DNA of 64,000 nt from Octopus bimaculoides (taxonomy: Eukaryota). A model generated the notes under the pieces. That model saw only the letters and a program-made list of their open reading frames with translations. It was not told the origin of the DNA and did not search any database. The stretch lies in NCBI RefSeq assembly GCF_001194135.2, contig NC_068982.1, positions 627,424-691,423 of the forward strand, written 5' to 3'. Numbering within the stretch: position 1 is the stretch's first letter; each line of letters starts with the position of its first letter. Below, in pieces: positions 54,876-63,100 of this stretch. Position numbers and translations under genes: made by a program.

Positions 54876-57800
54876 ACGCACACGCACACACACATACATA
54901 TATATACACACACCAGGCTTCTTTTAGTTTCTCTCCACCAAATCCATTCACAAGACATTACTTTTTATTGAGAACAGATTTTTCCAGAATGTTAGCCAGG
55001 CTTCATAATATGAAAGATAAGAAAGAAAGGAAATATACTGATGGCGATTATAAAAGAAATTATACACTTTGAATAGAATATTTGTTTTTATTTCACTCAC
55101 AGTGATCTACGATAAATCTGAGACTGGTAAAGAAGTTGCCAAAGTGACTGGCACGGACCTTGACAGCTACCTTTATAACAAGGTGAAATATACTATTGAG
55201 AAGATCAAATGCAATATTCCTCAGACAAACACATTATATTCAACTGAAAATGCTTTTGTAATTTCTCGTAATGATGGACGAATATTCACGAACCTACCAA
55301 ACTACAAGATATTTGTTGGCAGTCATTTCATCATCACTATACGCGGAGAAGATGCACTGAATTCAAATTATTACAGTACAATGAAGTTTCTGGTAAGTAA
55401 TCTCTATCTGTCCGTCTGTCTGTCTGCCTACCTGTCTCTTTACTTACCTACCTACCTACCTAGTTATCCATCTGTCTGTCTTTCTGCAAAATAATTCTTT
55501 CTTCATAAGGCACAAGGCCTGGTGTCTGAGGAGGTGGCCATTATATCGACCCCAGTACTCAACTGGTACGTTGTTTTATCGACCTCGAAATGATGAAAGG
55601 CAACGTAGTCTTCAGTAGAATTTGAATTTAAAATGTAAAGCCAGAAGAAATGCCACTGAGCGTTTTATCTGATGCAGAAGTGACTTTGTCAGTTCGCCAC
55701 ATTACCATACTATGAAATGTTGAAATTGAAAGGATAACGTATAATGGGATATGTGAAAGATATCCAACCATCAAACTTTTTTCTGATACATCAGATGCTC
55801 TGGTAACACGTTCAAGCAACGCTTCTCCAACCACAGATCCTCTTTCAGGGTACCGGAAAGGAGATATACTGCATCATTAGCCAGCCATGTTCGGTGGTTG
55901 AAGGATGAAGAAATTCCACACGTAATATCATGGAGAATCTTAGAAATCCAGGCCTCTACATGAACGGGACGAAGCGTTGTAAACTGTTCATAGCCGAATG
56001 GGTAAGGATATTAAAAGAGTCCCTGAACCCGAGGAACAACCTTCACTCTAGAATGGAAGCTTTTGAACCCTGTTTGCACTTCAGGAAATTCCTGCTGGGG
56101 TCATGGGATCCACACAATAACAGAGGCGATTACGAGAAACAGCCAAAGGGAGACAATCCTTTCTTCCTCCATTTTCTAGAGAGGCTACTTGCTACAGAGG
56201 CCATTTGCCAACAGGTTTTGGGCTCTGATGATATGTTGTAAAGCTAAGCACTTTATGTATGCGAAACCTGGGGTAATCCCAAAGACCAGCTTTATCTATC
56301 TGTATGTATATGTATATANNNNNNNNNNNNNNNNNNNNNNNNNNNNNNNNTATATATATATATATATATATATATTTATTCAAGGGTAGTGGAGATCAAA
56401 CACATACATATAGACATATACATGCGTACAAAGACGCACACACACACACATTTATATATATATACGACGGGCTTCTTCCAGTTTCTCTCTAACAAATTGA
56501 CTTACAAGACTTTGGTTGGCCAGAAGCTATAATAGAAGACACTTGTCCAAGGTACCACTCAGTAGGACTGAATCCAGAACCATGTGGTTGGGAAGCAAAC
56601 TTCTTACCATGGATCCACACTTGTGCCTATGTTGAGTTATTTTCTTTCATCTTTTTTGATCAGATCTATGTGATCCAACCACGTCAGCAAACCAGATTGA
56701 TTCTACCCGACAAGTTAGATGTGAGTCAACCGAAGAGTGCAGAACTAATTTCGTAAGTTACCGTTTTTGTTCCTCTCTGTCACTTTTTTAATGTCAGAAT
56801 CTTATTCAAAATAAAGTAAGTGTAAACAGGAAAGTAACAGAGAATGTTTAGTTGTAGCCATTATGCATTTTAAAATACTTCATCCCTAAACATCCAACCT
56901 CTAGTTTGTTGGTTATCAACTGAAAACAGAAACAATCTGTTAAGCACCCCTGAAATATTTTTATATAAGTGTATACCTTTCCTATATTGCTCACATGCAT
57001 TTTGTTGGCTTGTGAGCTCAGATATATCAAGTTGACAGAAGGAAAGGTGGAACTGCCATTTTCCTTCATGATAATGCCAAAACCTTGAATGAGATACTGC
57101 AGAAACAGTACTGCTCTGTGTTTAGCAATTCTGATATTGCCGATCTGGACTGTATCAGTGATGTTAATCCTCAACACCCTATATCGGACATAAAGGTTTG
57201 GTGCCCCTGATGTCTTAGCGGCAATAAACGAAATTAAACACAATTCAGCAGTAAGCCCTGATAAGTTCCCTGCTTGTGTCCTGAAGGTGTGTCGACACCA
57301 ATTTGCATCTCCTCTTGCTAATCCGTTGAGGAACTCACTGGATGCTGGTTATATTCCTGAGAACTTTCTGTCCTAATTTTCAAAAAAGGAAAGCAAGTCC
57401 CTTCCAGTGAACTACCGACCGATCTCGATGGCCTCTCATATCATCAAGGTATTTGAGAGGGTGGTGAGATCACGGATAACCCACTTTCTTGAAAGCAACA
57501 GACTGCTGAACCCCAACCAACANNNNNNNNNNNNNNNNNNNNNNNNNNNNNNNNNNNNNNNNNNNNNNNNNNNNNGGGTTCCGTAATGGAAGGAACTGCT
57601 TAACACAGCTGCTGTATCACCTTGATGACATTTTGAGAGCTTTGGGAGGGGGCTCGAATACTGATGCCATTTACCTTGATTTCGGCAAGGTCTTTGTCAG
57701 GGTGGATCATAAGATCCTCTTGAAAAAACTATCCAGCATTGGTGTCTCTGGAAAGTTACTAAAATGGATCAAAAGTGTTTCCTGACAGGCTGAACCCAAC

Positions 57801-60073
57801 ACGTTGTAGTCGAAGGAGTAAAATCAAGCCCAGCCAAAGTCAGTAGCGTTGTTCCACAAGGCACTGTGTTGGGCTCACTTCTTTTCATAATCTATATCAA
57901 TGACATTACCGACATCATCAAACACAATAACATAAGAATCTTTGCAGATGATTCCAAGATCCAGAAGGCCATCAATGAAGTGGGTGATCAGATATGTCTT
58001 CAGTCAGATTTATTGGCTGTCATCCAATGAACGAGAAAATGCTGCTGAACGAGGAGAAATTTGAGTAAATCCACTTTGGAAGAGAGGATATCTTGAAACT
58101 CCTGTACTTCCTTCATTCAGGTGAAACTCTCATGGCACATCCAACAACATCAGAGACTTGGGAATAATTGTGGACAACAACATAAGCGGGGCCGCTCATA
58201 TAAACAGCAAAGTTGACATGGTCCGCAGAATGTGTTCCTGCATTCTCAGAACTTTCCAATTGAGAAAACCAGAAGTTCCATTTTGCAGTTCAGTGGAGAT
58301 TTGTCTTGGAACAATATAGAATAGTTTTCACTGAAAAACAACAAACATCTCGTAAAATTTCGGCATGATCCATACTTGTAAAGGTTAGCTTTCTCCAATA
58401 TATCTTAAATGGGGAAGAGTCAGCTTTTTTTAATTGTTGTACGTGCTTAGCTAGGCTTCTTGTTCACAAGATGTTTGAAGGAATTTTTGTGTGAGTGAAG
58501 TCTCATTTTGAAGCGGTTTTCTGTGTCACCAATATAAGTTTTGTACGTAGGGATGTTCTCAATCTGTGCCTTAACTCTTTACAGAATGTTTTCAATTAGG
58601 CAATTACCATTTAAAGGACAGTTTCCGGGGTCTTTGAAATTATTTTTAGGTTTGTCATCTACTTTCCTACATTCTGTTCTCCCCCCGCCACCTTTCTTTT
58701 TCTTTCTTTGTATTATTAGGATATTTTTATTTGTTTATTTTACCCTCCACTTTTAATATTAATTTTAGGCTTGTATTATATTTTATTCTAATTACTTGTG
58801 ATTTCTGATTTTTGACACTTTTCATTCATATCTGCAACGTATCTTCAAGATTTTCAATTCAGCAATTGTAATGCATATTGATTTCCGCTACGGTAAATCT
58901 CAGCTTGCACCCCTCTCTACACCACTATTCTAATTGGTCTCTGAATAAAAGCTTTTTCTTAGAATTGGTATCCACACAATTTATATAAACAATTGTTTAC
59001 TAATCTGTATTATCACAATTGTCTGATGAACAGTTACATGAAAATCTGAATAATAGTTTGTGAAGTGTTTTATAATTATATATAATTATGCAGCTGTCAC
59101 TTATATTTTTAACCATGCAAATCTGCATTTAGGAATTAAATGCATATCTAGTGTAAACACCATTTTCCCCTGATGATGGGGATGAATCTTCAGATTCATA
59201 TGTAATCTGGACGAATGTACTCCTAAAACGATTGTTGGAACACCTTATTTTCCTCTAACATATTACCCCAAAACTCTTTTTTTATGCCCATTACTTTCTC
59301 TCTATTATATTTTGAATTTTTAAAAACCTCTTTTTTTTCTATATTCCATTATTATTTTTATCTATATTCTATTATTATGTTTTTTATATCTGTATGTCCT
59401 TGTATATTTTTAGTATTTATATATTTTTATATTTCTAATATATCAATATATGTTTCTGATTGGACATTTCTTATTTTATCCTAATTAAACCCGTATATGT
59501 ATGTGCTAATCGTAGTCTGCCTGATTTGAACCTTTTCTATTGTATCTATAATACTTGTCTAGCGCCACGGGTTTGACTTGAGCACTTCTAAACTATTTAT
59601 GTTTTTCAAAAGAAAATTATAATTTCGACGACTGGCACCCATGCCAGCGTCATCTCCTTCATTGGACACGAAACTCAGCTTGCGAAGACTTATTGGGGCA
59701 AGCGAAATCGAAATTGTGATGGCACCTGTGCCCAACGTCGCCTTTCTGACACTTGTGTCCGCGGCATGTGTAAGGACTTTTCGAGCGAGATCGTTGCCAG
59801 TGCCCCTGGACTGGCTCTTGTGCGGGTGGCACATAAAATACACCATTTTGAGCGTGGCCGTTGGCAGTACCACCTGACTGGCCTTCGTGCCGATGGCACG
59901 TAAAAGCACCCACTACACTCTCAGAGTGGTTGGTGTTAGGAAGGGCATCCAGCTGTAGAAACTCTGCCAAATCAGATTGGAGCCTGGTGTAGCTGTCTGG
60001 CTTGCCAGCCCTCAGTCAAATCATCCAACCCATGCTAGCATGGAAAGCGGACGTTAAACGACGACGACGATGA

Positions 60074-60111
<38 letters not shown>

Positions 60112-63100
60112 TACACACACACACACATACATCCATACACAAATGCAGGCACCAACATGCACACACATACAACATGTACATGTGCACTCTTGATTAATAG
60201 ACACCGATTAGGCTATTGTATATAATACAAATTGTTTTCGGGAACTTTTGTTTCAGTGATCTCAACAAACTGGGAATTGGAACATTTGTGATCAAAGAAT
60301 TAAGCTATCATCAAAAGCTTGACCAAGAAGGAGACTATTACAGGTAAGTAAAACACTTATCACACAACACAATTCTTCAGGTGTATTTAATTAAAGTAGA
60401 TCTAAAACCAGAAGAGGATACAGGTAATGAAGGTTATTTATTCTAAAACAAAATTCATTGTAAACTTTAATGATTGTTTTAAGTTGTATTGCGGGCAAAA
60501 TGAAGGCATTAGCTTTTCAGTTATCGTATCACAACAGATCATCGCATCGTATGACTATTATGCATTATTCTGTGCTTTTCTTACCTGTCAGCATACCAGG
60601 CAAGAAAATGGAGCTTATTTCACACAAAGACATTGGCAAATAAACATAAAAGATGCAGGGTTAAAACTATATAATTTACGTAAAACCAACTGTAGATAGT
60701 GCTTCATTTTTTTGACGAATTTGAAAGCATGTTCAAAACATGCTTCCAATTCTGGTTAATCATGTGAATAATTAATAAAGTAAGATTCATGGATCAATGC
60801 AAAAACTAAACCTATTTAGAAAGACTATTAAACATTACTTAAAATGACACAACACTCAAGATGTAAGGTTACCCGTAGTCTGCTTGGTTTTTATATAGAA
60901 ATACATAATCTTGTTGGCTTCCAAGAAAACTTCAAATGCTTGTTCTGGAGTGAAACACTATTGCTAACCACTGCTCCTTTTTTGAGGCGACGAAAGAGCC
61001 TCTTTAAGGGTCCTCTGTAAGAGTCATCTATAATAATCCTCAGTAAGAGTCCACTGTGAGAATCCTCTATGAGAGTCATCTGTAAGAACCCCCTGTAGAA
61101 GTTCTCTGTAAGAGTCCTCTCTACGAGTCATCTGTAACAGTCGTCTGTAAGAGACCTCCGTTGCCAAATCTTAAAACCATTACTGCCCAAAGTCTTGAAA
61201 TGGAATACAATGAAAATGTAGTATAAGATAACCAATATTCAAGGGAATGGCTGGATGGCCAGGACTAGAACGTCTTTGATTATGGATCTACTTATTGAGC
61301 ACAGCCATTTTTGAAATAATGTTGAGAAATTCTCAGGTAACAAGAATGTACATTGATATAGCACTATAAAGCTATCCCTGTGATTCATAACTATGTTTAT
61401 AACTTAGAAATGTGTCCCTATGTTTCAGAACTGCTTTGTGTTTTGTGGTGGAGAAGGACGACCAAATGTTATCACTGTCGCAGACTCAAGAACTATTAAA
61501 AGAACCTGCAGCACAAAATGTTTTGAAGATTTATACAACATCATTAGAAGCTGGTGTATGTATAAAAGCTCTGTTTTTCTCTATGTTGTCAACCAAAGGT
61601 GTGAAATCAGTTAATGAGTTTAAGTTTGAATATTTGCTTAATTCTTCTTCTATTCTTTACTAAATACCAGATATCTTATGAAGCACAGAGATTCGGTTTA
61701 TATCGTATCAAATGGATGAGAAACAACGGACACTCTAGATAGGAAGTCAGTCTCTCTCAGGCTGATTCTTCAGCCACTTTACTACAAATTATGACAACCG
61801 GAAATTCACTTCATCTATATTTCTAAGGATCTTGGAAAAAACACGGATAACATGTTTCCTCTTTCACTGCACCACTTCTAAATCTAATAATGGCTAATAT
61901 CTGAAGATTATATATATTCTGGCTTTGCTAGGATTGGGTAGCAAAAGCTATTGTAACCAATTGTGTCTTTGTTTATATCAGTATTTCATGCTTGTGATAT
62001 TTTCTTGGAGTTAAGCATTGATCTTGTGCTCTTAACATTACATCTTTCTCTTCCAGAACACTCTTTTCATTGTTCCTTCTCTGATTTACTTCTCCATGTA
62101 GCGCAACTCTACAACTTAGAATTGTGTTTTGATATTTTTTCACCATATTTGTGATCTAAGCCCCAGTATATGTCTGGCTCTTTATTTATTTTTTTTTTTA
62201 CATAGAGTTATGTTCTTCATCTCGTTCCATTATTAGTCTAATCCTTTTCCATTTGCTTGCTTCTAATTATTTTTATTAACACATTTTTAAGACTCTGTAA
62301 CAGTTCCTTACTTATATAAAACCATGCATTGCCTCCGTTCGGTGTTGCCGTCCTTTTTTTTTTTTTTTTATCTAATTCAGTTTTAGGATCATTTTTTTTT
62401 TATTTAGACCAGTTTTAAGATGATGATTATGAAAGGATATAATTTTCCTCTTAGCTTCCTAATTAACGTAATTTCCAATATATTATGTAGAAGGTGAAAC
62501 TTGATACATTTTGTACGGATTCGATGATTTATAACTATTCTTATTTCTGCCATTGAGCTCAGTTTTTTTGTCTCATTCTTTCCCATTTTTTTCTTACATC
62601 TTCCTCTAATTCCATCTGCTTCTATGTTTCATTGACTCCTTAGTAATTGCTAATATAACTCTCTTTTAATTAACTCTTACTAGTCACTCTATTAGTGTCC
62701 GTTTTTACAAATCTTATCACGTTTTGGTGTTTTTTGTTGTTGTTTGTTTTTGCAGCATCGTGGTGGTGCAGATGCTGGGGTCATTGTTTTGAACAGTAAT
62801 GTGTGTAGCAATTCCTTCCTTGTTTATACTTCTTCACAAAATTCTAATTATTTTTACCTAGTTTTTAGTAAAATTGTTTCAAGTTGGAGTTGCACTGTTT
62901 GTTTAGTTCAAAGAATTTTAATTCCGGCAGACATTTTCCTTTGAAGTATGTGTAGATCTGGGAAGCAGATGTTATAGGAAGGTGAATAGGAGAGGATAGG
63001 AGGAAAGTATATCAATATACCCACATATATCGATATCAATTTGAATATTAATATCTATCAATCTATTTGTCTGTATATTTGTATATCAATTTCTCTTTCT

